Source: Dehalococcoidia bacterium (GTDB lineage Bacteria > Chloroflexota > Dehalococcoidia > SHYD01). Taken from it: a stretch of 64,000 nucleotides of DNA. The position numbers and the translations under genes are program-made. Under the pieces are notes generated by a model, which saw only the letters and a list, made by a program, of their open reading frames with translations, did not search any database and was not told where the DNA came from. Positions 47,225 through 57,358 of this stretch are shown here, one piece after another. Each line of letters opens with the position of its first letter. Positions within the stretch are counted from its first letter, which is position 1. The DNA is taken from NCBI GenBank assembly GCA_965261835.1, contig OZ253478.1, positions 2,337,267-2,401,266 on the forward strand. The letters are read 5' to 3'.

Positions 47225-48472
47225 GTGCATACAACACCTTCCACAAACCACCCCACACAACGTCCCTGGGTTGCGCTGGAGTCGCACAACTACCGGCTGC
47301 TCTGGCTTGGGTTTATCCTTGCAAACCTCGGCCTACAGGCGCAGCAGGTAGCGAACCTCTGGCAGGTCTATGAGCTTACAGGGTCGCCGCTCCAGTTAGG
47401 ATTGACCGGGCTGTTTCAAGCCCTAGCCATCCTTATCTTCGGCCTCTTTGGCGGTGTGCTGGCAGACGCTTTTGACCGCCGGCAAGTGATGCTGGTAAGC
47501 CAGAGCCTCCGCCTTCTAGTGACGTTGGCCCTCGGCATAGTTACGCAGTTGGGCATCGCCGAGGTCTGGCACGTGTATGCGGCCACCTTTCTCGTGACCG
47601 CCCTGGGCATCTTGGACCGCCCGGCCCGTCAGGCGGTGATTGCCAATGCGGTACCACGATCCCATCTATTCAGCGCCGTTTCGCTCCAGATCTCCTCAGT
47701 GCAGGCGTCCCGGCTGATCGGCCCGTCCTTGGCGGGCATCGCCATCAGCACACTGGGGCTCACCTTCACCTATTACGCCATCACCGCAACGGTGCTCTTG
47801 GTGATAGCGCTAGTGCTGGCGCTGCAGTACGCCCAGACTCAGGAGCGGGGCAACACATCATTTTCACTGTCCGCCATGCTGGAAGGCTTCAAGTTTATCT
47901 GGGCAGCTCCCGTGATCATGGGGCTAATTGCCCTGGATTTTGGCATGACCTTCTTTGGCGCTTATCGCCCGCTCCTCCCAATCTTTGCGGAGGAAGTGCT
48001 CCGGGTAGGGCCGGCCGGGCTGGGCGCGCTGTTCGCGGCCCCTGGCGTTGGCGCGCTGCTGGGATCGGGCGCTGTAGTATTGTTAGGAGAGCGACGCTTC
48101 AAAACCGCCCTCGCCCTGGCGGGGACGGCGGTCTACGCCTTCTGCCTTGCACCCCTGGGTCTATCCCACCTGTTTCTGCTCTCGCTGGTGCTCACTGGCG
48201 GACTCGGGTTCTTCGATTCCATGGCCGCCACCATCCGCCAGACCACCGTACAACTGGCCGCCCCAGACGCGCTGCGCGGCCGGGTTACCAGCGTGCATCA
48301 GATGTTCAGCCAGAGCGGGCCGAACCTGGGTTACGTGCAGGTTGGGGTTACCGCCAGCCTCTTCGGAGTAGGCACAGCTCTCGTCATTGGCGCCGCCCTG
48401 TGCTTAGCCACTGTAGTGGTAGTAGGTATCTGGTGGCGGCGCGCCGGCGTGCGGCTAGTTGCCAGCGAGTGA
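47225..48472 (+). CDS. MFS transporter
   Basis: 415 aa; 12 predicted TM helices; MFS motif GxLaDrxGrR (GGVLADAFDRRQ). Confidence 0.8.
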   Translation: MHTTPSTNHPTQRPWVALESHNYRLLWLGFILANLGLQAQQVANLWQVYELTGSPLQLGLTGLFQALAILIFGLFGGVLADAFDRRQVMLVSQSLRLLVTLALGIVTQLGIAEVWHVYAATFLVTALGILDRPARQAVIANAVPRSHLFSAVSLQISSVQASRLIGPSLAGIAISTLGLTFTYYAITATVLLVIALVLALQYAQTQERGNTSFSLSAMLEGFKFIWAAPVIMGLIALDFGMTFFGAYRPLLPIFAEEVLRVGPAGLGALFAAPGVGALLGSGAVVLLGERRFKTALALAGTAVYAFCLAPLGLSHLFLLSLVLTGGLGFFDSMAATIRQTTVQLAAPDALRGRVTSVHQMFSQSGPNLGYVQVGVTASLFGVGTALVIGAALCLATVVVVGIWWRRAGVRLVASE

Positions 48473-48517
48473 CCGCACCACTACCATAGGTAACAACTCA
48501 CCCCCTTAGGAGCGCAC

Positions 48518-49957
48518 GTGGGCATCACCATCCTCGGCCTTGGCCCTGGCGCAGGAGACTTGCTGACCCAGCAAGCGCTGCAGCGCCTGCACGCCGCAGA
48601 CCACGTCTATGTGCGCACGGTACACCACCCCTCCGTGGCCGACCTCCCCGGCCATCTCACGGTGCACAGCTTCGATTACCTCTACGAGCGGAAGCCCACC
48701 TTTGAGGCGGTGTACGCCGCTATCACGCAGCAGGTGCTGGAACTGGGGAGCCGGCCTCAAGGCGTGCTCTACGCAGTGCCCGGACATCCCTTGGTGGCGG
48801 AAGCCACCGTCGCGGCGTTGCTACACCGCAGCAAAGCGGAGGACGTGCCCGTCGAGATCGTGGCAGGGCTCAGCTTCATTGAGCCAGCGCTCGCTGCCCT
48901 ACAGATCGACCCCTTCTCCTCTACCGGCCTGCAATTAGTAGACGCACTGCAACCTCGGATCGATCCGGCAAGACCAGCGCTGATCGCACAGATCTATAGC
49001 CAGCAGGTCGCCGCACAGCTCAAGCTGGACCTTCTGGAGCTCTACCCCCCGGAGCACCCCGTTACTTTGGTCATGGCAGCGGGCGGAAGCGAGCCGGAAC
49101 AGGTGTATCACTTACCCCTGTATGAGCTGGACCGGAACCAACCTATTAATCACCTCACTTGCCTCTACTTGCCGGCCCTTACGATCGAAGAGAATCTTGC
49201 CACCTTTGACGGGCTGGCCGCCATCGTGGCGCGGCTGCGCGCCCCGGATGGTTGCCCCTGGGACCGGGAGCAAACGCACACTAGCCTCAAGCCCTACCTG
49301 CTGGAGGAGGCCTACGAAGCGCTGGCCGCATTGGATGAGCAAGATCTGGATAAACTACAGGAGGAGTTGGGCGACTTGATGCTCAATATCCTGCTCCAAT
49401 GCCAGATAGCGGCAGAAGCCGGGGAATTTGAAGCGCGCGATATGATCCGGGGTATCGCCAGTAAACTTATCCGCCGGCACCCCCACGTGTTCGGCGATTT
49501 CAAGGCCGCAACGCCGGAGCAGGTAGTCCAGAACTGGGAAGTACTCAAAGGCAAGGAACGCGCTGCCGAGCGCTCCATGCTGGACGGCCTGCCCACCAGC
49601 CTCCCCTCCCTCGCCTACGCCCGCTCGCTGCAAGAGCGCATCGCACCGCTCCATTTGCCGGTCACCACAGCGCTCACGGCCGATGCGACTGCGCACGTGG
49701 GGTGGCTGTCCGGGCAGACTAAAGCGGAGCGCCGCACTGCCCTTGGCGAAGCGCTGCTTGAGCTGTCTTTCCTAGCCGCCGGCCACGGCCTCGATCCCGA
49801 GGAGGCCCTGCGTTTCGCCAATGCACGGCTCGCCCGGCAAATCCGATCTGTTGAAGACATAGCCCGCCTTGAAGGCAGCAGCATTCAAGAACTCGATGCG
49901 GCGCGCAGGGCGCTGCTGTGGAGCCAAACTGCCTCGACCCAGATCAACCCCCCGTAA
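48518..49957 (+). CDS. mazG: MazG nucleotide pyrophosphohydrolase fused to an N-terminal tetrapyrrole-methylase-like domain (YabN-like)
   Basis: GTG start; N-terminus ITILGLGPGAGDLLT (TP-methylase fold); C-terminal tandem MazG EExxE motifs (LLEEAYE, EELGDLML). Confidence 0.8.
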   Translation: MGITILGLGPGAGDLLTQQALQRLHAADHVYVRTVHHPSVADLPGHLTVHSFDYLYERKPTFEAVYAAITQQVLELGSRPQGVLYAVPGHPLVAEATVAALLHRSKAEDVPVEIVAGLSFIEPALAALQIDPFSSTGLQLVDALQPRIDPARPALIAQIYSQQVAAQLKLDLLELYPPEHPVTLVMAAGGSEPEQVYHLPLYELDRNQPINHLTCLYLPALTIEENLATFDGLAAIVARLRAPDGCPWDREQTHTSLKPYLLEEAYEALAALDEQDLDKLQEELGDLMLNILLQCQIAAEAGEFEARDMIRGIASKLIRRHPHVFGDFKAATPEQVVQNWEVLKGKERAAERSMLDGLPTSLPSLAYARSLQERIAPLHLPVTTALTADATAHVGWLSGQTKAERRTALGEALLELSFLAAGHGLDPEEALRFANARLARQIRSVEDIARLEGSSIQELDAARRALLWSQTASTQINPP

Positions 49958-50022
49958 TCGCCGGTGCGGGCGGTGCGCTATGCCCGCTATACCTCGGACG
50001 AGTGGGAGTGGTGTGCAATAGC

Positions 50023-50099
50023 AGGAGGGTTTGTGGTCGGGGTGGTCGGACTCGAACCGACGACCTCGTCGTCCCGAACGACGCGCGCTACCAGACTGC
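50023..50099 (-). tRNA. tRNA-Pro (anticodon CGG)
   Basis: Manual fold of reverse complement: C1:G72, A73, anticodon loop TTCGGGA, T-loop GGTTCGAGTCC, CCA encoded. Confidence 0.85.
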
Positions 50100-50313
50100 G
50101 CCACACCCCGTCCGGCGCATCATAACATAGGGCAGTGTCTCCGACAACGCGCAACCAACACGCCGCGCCGCGATGCTGGCTTCACGCCGCGCACGACGCC
50201 GGTTTACTTGACTGGCAAGAGTTAGCGTGACAAAATGAACCGCACATGGACCAGTACAGTTTCAACCAGAGCATATCGGCGCTGGCTTTGTTTGGGAATA
50301 CAAGTCAGGAGGA

Positions 50314-51372
50314 GTGTCAATGGCAAAAATTGTTAGGGGGCTAGGAACCTCCCATACCCCCATGATTAGCGAGCCCCCCGAGTTCTGGCTGAGGCATGGC
50401 GAGGGCGACAAACGCTCTCGGGAGTTGATCTCTCCCAGAAGCTTCTCCGTAGTACCCTACGATGAGTTGGAAGCGGAGGCGGGCGATCAGTTCGAACCAC
50501 AACTGACTCTGGAAAATTTCACCAAACAGTACAATCAACTCCAGCGGGGTGTTGCCGAGGTGACCAAGGCCCTCAAGGAGGCCAACCCCGATGTACTGAT
50601 CATCGTGACAGATGACCAGGACGAGATCATGTTCGACGACAACATGCCAGCGTTCTACATCTACTGGGGCGAGAAAATGAAGCTGCTCGCTCGGGAGGTC
50701 CCCGATACTGCGCCGGAGTTCATCAAGGCGGCCATGTGGGGCTATGGTGATGTCACCATGGACGTGCCGGTGGATGCGGAGCTGGGACAGCACCTCATCG
50801 AATACCTCACTGAGAGCGACTTCGATATCGCCCATGGCCGCTACCTCAACGACGAGTACGGCGGCGCCATTGGCCCGGCCGGTTATGTGCACTGGAAGCG
50901 GGAGACCAAGAAACGGCCTCACGGCATGCCCCACGGCCTGAGCTACGTGATCCGGCGCGTTTTCGACAACAACCCCTACATCCCCATCGTGCCCGTCATA
51001 CAGAACACCTGCTACCCGCCCAATCAGCCCACCCCGCGCCGGTGCTATGCCCTGGGCAAGGCGATCCGCTCGGCAGTTGAGGCTTACGGGAAGGACAAGC
51101 GTGTGGCCATAATGGGATCAGGCGGTCTGAGCCACTTCGTGCTGGACGAGGAGACCGACCGCATGGCCATCCGGGCCATGGAGACCAAGGACGCCGAGGC
51201 GCTCTGCAATCTACCGAAGGAACGGCTCAACTCTGCCAGCTCTGAGATCCGTAACTGGATCACTACCGCTGGCGCGTGTGAGCACCTCGATTTCGAATTA
51301 TTCGAATACGTCCCGGTCGCCCGTACCCCAGCAGGGTCAGGCGGTGGATGGGGCTTCAGCAAGTGGGAGTAG
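50314..51372 (+). CDS. class III extradiol ring-cleavage dioxygenase, LigB/GalA family (paralog 1)
   Basis: N-terminal GTSHTPMIS and C-terminal IMGSGGLSHFVLDEE motifs match LigB/GalA-type catalytic subunit; 352 aa. Confidence 0.75.
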   Translation: MSMAKIVRGLGTSHTPMISEPPEFWLRHGEGDKRSRELISPRSFSVVPYDELEAEAGDQFEPQLTLENFTKQYNQLQRGVAEVTKALKEANPDVLIIVTDDQDEIMFDDNMPAFYIYWGEKMKLLAREVPDTAPEFIKAAMWGYGDVTMDVPVDAELGQHLIEYLTESDFDIAHGRYLNDEYGGAIGPAGYVHWKRETKKRPHGMPHGLSYVIRRVFDNNPYIPIVPVIQNTCYPPNQPTPRRCYALGKAIRSAVEAYGKDKRVAIMGSGGLSHFVLDEETDRMAIRAMETKDAEALCNLPKERLNSASSEIRNWITTAGACEHLDFELFEYVPVARTPAGSGGGWGFSKWE

Positions 51373-51432
51373 TACCCGCGTAGCGAATACCCGCAGAACT
51401 GCACGTATGGAATACCTGCAAGGAGGCGCATC

Positions 51433-52491
51433 ATGGCAAAGATAGTCCTAGGAATTGGCACTTCTCACACCCCGATGATCAGCATGCCGCCCGATATCTG
51501 GGGCACCCACGGCGAGGTGGTGGACAAGCGGAGTAAGGAGCTCGTTTCTCCCAAGCAAGGGCGCGTCCTGCCTTATGAAGAACTCCTTGCGGAAGCAAAT
51601 CACGCATTTGATGACCAGCTCAACATGGAGGTCTTCGAGGAGAAACACGCGCGCCTGCAGGCCGCCGTTGCTGAGTTGGCCAAGACCCTGCGTGAAGTGA
51701 AGCCGGACGTGTTGGTTATCGTTACTGATGACCAAGATGAAAACTACTTCGAAGACAACATGCCAGCGTTCAATATCTATTGGGGAGATACCATCAAGCT
51801 GCTTCCCCGCAAGCCACCGGCCAATGCATCGCCTTCTGCCATCGCGTCGGCCTGGGGGTACGGTGAAAAGGAAATGGATTTCCCGGTGGATAGCGTCCTA
51901 GGCCAGCACCTCATCGAGTACATGACCGAGGCTGATTTCGACGTATCCCATTCCCGCTACATTAAGGAAGAACCGTACGGTGGCACCATTGGCCCGGCCG
52001 GTTACGTCTGGTGGAAACGGGAAACAGCGCCCAAGCAGCACGGGATGGGACATGGTCATGCCTTTGTAGCCAAGCGCTTAATGAACGAGGACCCCTACAT
52101 CCCGTTCGTTCCCATCAACCAGAACACCTGCTACCCGCCCAATGTGCCCACGCCGCGCCGCAGTTACGCCTTTGGCAAAGCCCTCCGAGACGCCATCAAC
52201 GCCTGGGACAGCGACAAGCGCGTGGCGGTACTAGCCTCCGGTGGTCTCAGCCACTTCGTGCTAGACGAAGAGATAGACCAGCAGCTCATCAAGGGGATGC
52301 GGGAGAAGAACGGCGAGATCCTCACCTCCCTGCCTCGAGAACGGCTGCAGTCCGCAGCCTCTGAGATCAGGAACTGGATCACCACCGCGGCGGCCTCAGA
52401 CCACCTAGACTTCGAGTTAATCGACTACGTTCCAGTGCCTCGGACGCCCGCAGGCACCGGCGGTGGTTGGGGCTTCGTGCGGTGGACGTAA
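51433..52491 (+). CDS. class III extradiol ring-cleavage dioxygenase, LigB/GalA family (paralog 2)
   Basis: Roughly two-thirds identical to paralog 1 (unaided visual estimate); GTSHTPMIS...LASGGLSHFVLDEE. Confidence 0.75.
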   Translation: MAKIVLGIGTSHTPMISMPPDIWGTHGEVVDKRSKELVSPKQGRVLPYEELLAEANHAFDDQLNMEVFEEKHARLQAAVAELAKTLREVKPDVLVIVTDDQDENYFEDNMPAFNIYWGDTIKLLPRKPPANASPSAIASAWGYGEKEMDFPVDSVLGQHLIEYMTEADFDVSHSRYIKEEPYGGTIGPAGYVWWKRETAPKQHGMGHGHAFVAKRLMNEDPYIPFVPINQNTCYPPNVPTPRRSYAFGKALRDAINAWDSDKRVAVLASGGLSHFVLDEEIDQQLIKGMREKNGEILTSLPRERLQSAASEIRNWITTAAASDHLDFELIDYVPVPRTPAGTGGGWGFVRWT

Positions 52492-52517
52492 CCCGCAACA
52501 GTTAGCAAAAGCATACT

Positions 52518-52560
52518 AAAGGTGGTAGTATCAACAACCTGATACTACCACCTTTATTTT
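52518..52560 (+). terminator. rho-independent terminator between dioxygenase paralogs 2 and 3
   Basis: Perfect 16-bp stem AAAGGTGGTAGTATCA / TGATACTACCACCTTT with 6-nt loop followed by ATTTT. Confidence 0.8.
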
Positions 52561-52580
52561 CACCCTAGGAGGAACGGAAC

Positions 52581-53633
52581 ATGGCAGAAATTGTGCTTGG
52601 TATGGGGACATCTCACACCCCAATGATTAGCATGCCCCCGGAGTTTTGGCTTATGCATGGGGAACGCCAGGACGTGCACCTACGGGAGCTGGTTTCCCCG
52701 CGCACAGGTAAGGTGGTTGCTTATGACGAGCTGCTCGCAGAGGCCGATCCCGGCATCGCGAGCACCCTCACCGCTGAGCACTTCAAGGAACAATACGATC
52801 AACTGCAGCATGGCGTGGCTGAATTGAGCAAGACCCTGCGCGAGGTTAACCCGGATGCAGTGATCATTGTCAGCGACGACCAAGATGAGCTTCTTTTTGA
52901 AGACAACATGCCGTCCTTCCTGGTCTATTGGGGCGAATCGGTGAAGCTGCTGCCATGGCCGGTGACGGAGACTGCCTCCCCCGCCATTAAAGCCGCGCTC
53001 TCCGGGTACGGCGACGTTGAAATGGACGTCCCAGTCAATGCAGAGCTCGGTAAACACCTCATCGAGTACCTTACCGAGGCGGATTTCGACATATCCCACT
53101 CTCGTTACTTGAAGGACGAGTACGGCGGCTCAATCGGTCCGACCGGCTACGTCTGGTGGAAGCGTGAGACCAAACCGCGACCGCACGGCATCGGTCACGG
53201 CTATTCATTCGTGGTCAAGCGCATCATGGACAATAAGCCCATCCCCATTGTGCCGGTCCTGCAAAACACGTGCTATCCACCCAACCAGCCCACGCCCAAG
53301 CGTTGCTACGCGCTCGGTAAAGCTATCAAAGCGGCCGTAGAGGCATGGGACAGCAATGCACGCGTAGCCATTATGGCTTCCGGCGGGCTGAGCCATTTTG
53401 TGCTAGACGAAGACATCGACCAGCAGCTCATACGAGGGATGCGGGAGAAGAACGGCGAGATCCTGAGCTCCCTTCCCAAAGAGCGGCTGCAGTCTGCCTC
53501 TTCCGAAATCCGGAACTGGATCACGACCTCCGCGGCCTGCGAACATCTGGACTTCGAGATGGTGGACTACGTCCCCGTCGCCCGGACGCCGGCCGGTACC
53601 GGCGGCGGCTGGGGCTTTGCCCGCTGGACGTAG
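52581..53633 (+). CDS. class III extradiol ring-cleavage dioxygenase, LigB/GalA family (paralog 3)
   Basis: GTSHTPMIS...MASGGLSHFVLDED; closest to paralog 1. Confidence 0.75.
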   Translation: MAEIVLGMGTSHTPMISMPPEFWLMHGERQDVHLRELVSPRTGKVVAYDELLAEADPGIASTLTAEHFKEQYDQLQHGVAELSKTLREVNPDAVIIVSDDQDELLFEDNMPSFLVYWGESVKLLPWPVTETASPAIKAALSGYGDVEMDVPVNAELGKHLIEYLTEADFDISHSRYLKDEYGGSIGPTGYVWWKRETKPRPHGIGHGYSFVVKRIMDNKPIPIVPVLQNTCYPPNQPTPKRCYALGKAIKAAVEAWDSNARVAIMASGGLSHFVLDEDIDQQLIRGMREKNGEILSSLPKERLQSASSEIRNWITTSAACEHLDFEMVDYVPVARTPAGTGGGWGFARWT

Positions 53634-53655
53634 CCAGATTAGGAACGCCAACCGC

Positions 53656-53690
53656 AAAGGGCTGTGCCGCTGGCACAGCCCTTTCTGCTG
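53656..53690 (+). terminator. hairpin AAAGGGCTGTGCC-GCTG-GCACAGCCCTTT
   Basis: 12-bp perfect stem directly after paralog 3 stop; weak U-tract. Confidence 0.55.
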
Positions 53691-53786
53691 CATGAAGGAC
53701 GGCTCCATTGACATCCCGCTCGCTTTGCGCGTAGGGTAGGCAGGCACTAGCCCTTACACAACTAATCACTCTTTTGGAGGCATATC

Positions 53787-54497
53787 ATGGCTCGGATCGA
53801 AGTCCCGCAGTCAATTCTGGACCGCTACAAGAAAGTCTGCTCCGCCACGGTGTATTCAGCGGTACGAAACCGCGGCGCCACACTCTGCTTCATGGAAGAC
53901 GTCAACTGCATGATACCCGGAACACGCCTCGCAGCTCGGGCCCGTACCCTCCGCTGCCTGCCTCCCCGCCCCGACCTGCACGAGGAAGTGGTCATCGGTG
54001 AGGGGTCGCCGGAGTACCGGGCCATGGCCCTCTGCGGCCCTGGCGACTGCCTGGTGGTGGATACCATGCGGCGACCGTACTCCACCGTAGTTGGAGACGT
54101 GAAGCTAATCCAGCTCAAAATGCAGAACGCCGACGGCTTCGTGACCGACGGCGCGATCCGCGACCTCGATGTCGTCTCTGAGTACGGCCTCGCGATCTTC
54201 GCCGCAAAACGGACGCCCACCGCCCGCGAGTACGGTGAAGCCTTCGAAGAGGACGTGGATATCCAATGCGCTGGCGTACTGGTACGCCCCGGGGACGTGA
54301 TTGTGGGCGACAACGATGGCATCGTGGTGGTGCCCTCGTACATGGCGGAAGAAGTAATTGAGTGGGTGGAGATCCACGAGCAGGCCGAAGACTTCGCGAA
54401 GGAGAAGATAATAGCGGATAACTGCCGCCCGGGCCGCTACTATCCGCCCACCGACGCGCTCAAGAAAGTGATGCTGGAGACGCAAGGCCGGCGCTAG
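53787..54497 (+). CDS. RraA-family protein (class II 4-hydroxy-4-methyl-2-oxoglutarate / 4-carboxy-4-hydroxy-2-oxoadipate aldolase-like)
   Basis: 236 aa; RraA/MenG-like fold ([15 protein letters not shown]); this family includes the LigK/GalC aldolases of meta-cleavage pathways. Confidence 0.75.
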   Translation: MARIEVPQSILDRYKKVCSATVYSAVRNRGATLCFMEDVNCMIPGTRLAARARTLRCLPPRPDLHEEVVIGEGSPEYRAMALCGPGDCLVVDTMRRPYSTVVGDVKLIQLKMQNADGFVTDGAIRDLDVVSEYGLAIFAAKRTPTAREYGEAFEEDVDIQCAGVLVRPGDVIVGDNDGIVVVPSYMAEEVIEWVEIHEQAEDFAKEKIIADNCRPGRYYPPTDALKKVMLETQGRR

Positions 54498-54618
54498 CAC
54501 TGGCGCACTACTGACCACGTAGTTTTCGGCAACACCCTCCAACTCAGCGCCACACACTGGGGCTGGCTACCGCGGGGAAGCTGCCGAGCACTAATGATTA
54601 TGTAAAGGGGTGCGGGAG

Positions 54619-55887
54619 CTAAGTGGCCGCTTTAGCCGCCGGACGCTCCTGAAGCGTCTCGCGTAGCACCACACCCACCACAAACGCCACAACTAGCCCG
54701 GACAAGCCGATTGCACCGAATGCCACCGCAAAATTGAAGCGCTCGGAAAGCACCGCCACCAACGCCGGACCTATAGTTGCGGCAAGCATGGCCACAAACC
54801 GCCAGATCGCGAAAAAGCGGCCACGAGCACGGGCGGGCGCGAGATCGGACCCCAGCACCTGCATGGTGCCGGAGGTCATGCTCATTGATGCAAGTGAGGC
54901 CGTATATACCACGGCAAAAAGGATGAACGGCACTGGACCCACCGTGGTTGCCGCCAGCAGGACCCCCATGGTTCCAGTCAGGAAAAAGCCGGGCACGATA
55001 ATCTTTTTCCGGCCAAAGCGGTCCATGATTGGCCCCGTGGCAAAGGTGATAGGGAGCGAAACTACTCCGGCAGCAGTGCCCAAAAGACCCAGGACAGCCG
55101 GACCAACCCCATAAGCGTACGCCGCATAGAAGATCACGCTGCCCCCCTGGAAGCCGATCCGTGCAATATTTGCGCAGAACTGGGCCAACAAGAAGACCAA
55201 CATCTGGAACTTCAACAGCTCGCCAATCACCATCCCCCAGTCGCTCTGAGCCTTCTGTCCTGGCTGCGCCGCCGGGCCTTCCTGTGCAAAACGCGCCGGG
55301 TTGGTCTCCTGAATCAGCCAGAAGCTGGGCAGGATGGACAGGAAAACCATGACGCCAAAGATGATAAATGGGATGCGTATGTCGAAGCCCGCGGCCAAAA
55401 ATCCGCCTACCGCGGGTCCCATCAACATGCCCGCGCGGCCAAGGCCCGTCATCCAAGTAATCTGTCGCCCGCGCTCACGGCTGCCAGCGAGATCCGTGAT
55501 CACCGCTAAGCGGCTCAGCATCCACATCTGCTCCGCCGCACCTCCGATGAAGCGTAATATCAGCACCTGGGTAAAGTCTTGGCTGAATGCAATCAATGCT
55601 GAAGAAAGTGCCAGCACTATAGGGCCAGTAAGGAGAATGGGCCGCCGCCCAAGCTTGTCCAGCAGGTATCCCGTGGGGAACGTAATTGCCATGCCACCAC
55701 CCTGGTAAAGAATGATGGCCAAGGAGGCTACCGCGAAGGAGATGTCGAAAGATTTCACATAGACAGGCAACACCGGTGCAATGATGCCCGTTCCTAGCGA
55801 AAGAACGAATGCCGGCAGGTAAATAGAGAGCGTTTGCTGAATAGACAGCGTTCCGCTGTCATCCTGCTGCTGCTGTGGCTGTGCCAT
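54619..55887 (-). CDS. MFS transporter (paralog a)
   Basis: 422 aa; 12 TM; motif LDKLGRRP; N-terminus near-identical in pattern to the next gene. Confidence 0.8.
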   Translation of the reverse strand: MAQPQQQQDDSGTLSIQQTLSIYLPAFVLSLGTGIIAPVLPVYVKSFDISFAVASLAIILYQGGGMAITFPTGYLLDKLGRRPILLTGPIVLALSSALIAFSQDFTQVLILRFIGGAAEQMWMLSRLAVITDLAGSRERGRQITWMTGLGRAGMLMGPAVGGFLAAGFDIRIPFIIFGVMVFLSILPSFWLIQETNPARFAQEGPAAQPGQKAQSDWGMVIGELLKFQMLVFLLAQFCANIARIGFQGGSVIFYAAYAYGVGPAVLGLLGTAAGVVSLPITFATGPIMDRFGRKKIIVPGFFLTGTMGVLLAATTVGPVPFILFAVVYTASLASMSMTSGTMQVLGSDLAPARARGRFFAIWRFVAMLAATIGPALVAVLSERFNFAVAFGAIGLSGLVVAFVVGVVLRETLQERPAAKAAT

Positions 55888-55906
55888 TCCCCGCTTTAAC
55901 CTAACA

Positions 55907-57175
55907 CTACGCGGCTACAGGCTCGGCATCGCGCTTCATGGTTTCCTTCAAAACGAACGCAACCAGTAGTGATACCGCAAATGCAGCAAGCGCTGAGGAC
56001 AAAAAAGCCGTCCCATAGTTGACCTGGTCTGCTAGAACCGCAAAAATGGCGGGTCCTATTAGGGAGCCCATTTGAGCGATGAACCGCCAGATGCCAAAGA
56101 ACATGCCCCGTGATGCCACCGGAGCCACATCTGCACCCAGGGTCTGCATGGTGCCGTTAGTAGTACTTAGCGTGGCCTGCACCAGCAAGAAGGTAACCAC
56201 AAACGCTTCAAAAGGCAACAAAAAGAACGCGGACAGCCCCATTGTGAAAATCGCCAGGCCGTACAACGCAAAGCCAGGTACCACGATCACCTTGCGGCCG
56301 TAGCGGTCCATGAAATAACCGGTGAGGAAGGGGATGGGAAGCACCAGCACTCCTACCGCTGCGTTCAGGAACCCAAGGACCTTGGGGCCAATACCATAAG
56401 CGTACACTGCATAGAGGTTAAATGTACCGGCCTCGCCGCCTCTACATACGGTGGCAAAGAACTGAATGATCAAGAACGTGACCATCTGCACGGTAAATAT
56501 AGCCGTCATGAGGGTGCGGAACGCGCCGGCCGGCGGTGGCGCGCCCTCAACTTGTGGCGACCGTTGAGGCGCCTCAGACGCCTCAGGGGCCGTCTCCTTC
56601 ACTATCTTGAAGCTTGGGGCAACGGCAAGGAAGCAGAGAAGGCCGTGCACAATAAATGGCAGGCGGATATCAAAACCTGCCGCCAATAACCCTCCAACGG
56701 CGGGGCCCAGCATCATGCCGGCCCGCTGCATCCCAATCATCCACGTGACCTGCCGGGCCAGGTTGTTACTGCGCGCCGTGTCTGCAATTACTGCAAGCCT
56801 GGCCTGCATCCAGAGCTGATTGGCTACGCCGCCAATAAATCGGAAGAGCACCAACTCCGGAAATGTCCCCGCAAACGCGGTGAGGATCGACGACAGGCCG
56901 AGCGCCACCGGGCCGGCTAGGATGATTGGGCGCCGGCCGATTTTATCCATGAGGTAACCGGCAGGCAATGTGGCGGCAAGCGAACCAAGCTGGTACGCAA
57001 TGATGATCAGAGACGCGATACCAAAGGAGATGTTGAAGGACTTGGCGTAGACCGGCAGGACAGGAGCAATAATCCCAGTACCGAGCGCCAGAATAAGAGC
57101 AGGAATGTAAAGCGAGAGGATTTGGTAACGGGAGATGACCCCTTCGCCATCTCGGGCCGGAGTGTCTGACATCAA
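55907..57175 (-). CDS. MFS transporter (paralog b)
   Basis: 422 aa; motif MDKIGRRP; tandem duplicate of 54619-55887. Confidence 0.8.
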   Translation of the reverse strand: MMSDTPARDGEGVISRYQILSLYIPALILALGTGIIAPVLPVYAKSFNISFGIASLIIIAYQLGSLAATLPAGYLMDKIGRRPIILAGPVALGLSSILTAFAGTFPELVLFRFIGGVANQLWMQARLAVIADTARSNNLARQVTWMIGMQRAGMMLGPAVGGLLAAGFDIRLPFIVHGLLCFLAVAPSFKIVKETAPEASEAPQRSPQVEGAPPPAGAFRTLMTAIFTVQMVTFLIIQFFATVCRGGEAGTFNLYAVYAYGIGPKVLGFLNAAVGVLVLPIPFLTGYFMDRYGRKVIVVPGFALYGLAIFTMGLSAFFLLPFEAFVVTFLLVQATLSTTNGTMQTLGADVAPVASRGMFFGIWRFIAQMGSLIGPAIFAVLADQVNYGTAFLSSALAAFAVSLLVAFVLKETMKRDAEPVAA

Positions 57176-57358
57176 CCCTCTCTGCTATTGGTGCGCCGAG
57201 GCGTGTTTATACCGGTTCTGTACAGTGGACGCCGACAAGTGTACCACGTCTAGTCATGAACACCAATTGCCGCGCGTCTCGTATGAGCGTTTACGTGTGC
57301 CCTGAGAGACGCTACTATCATGCGGACCGCGCAGCGCAACACTGAACAGGAGTACGCC

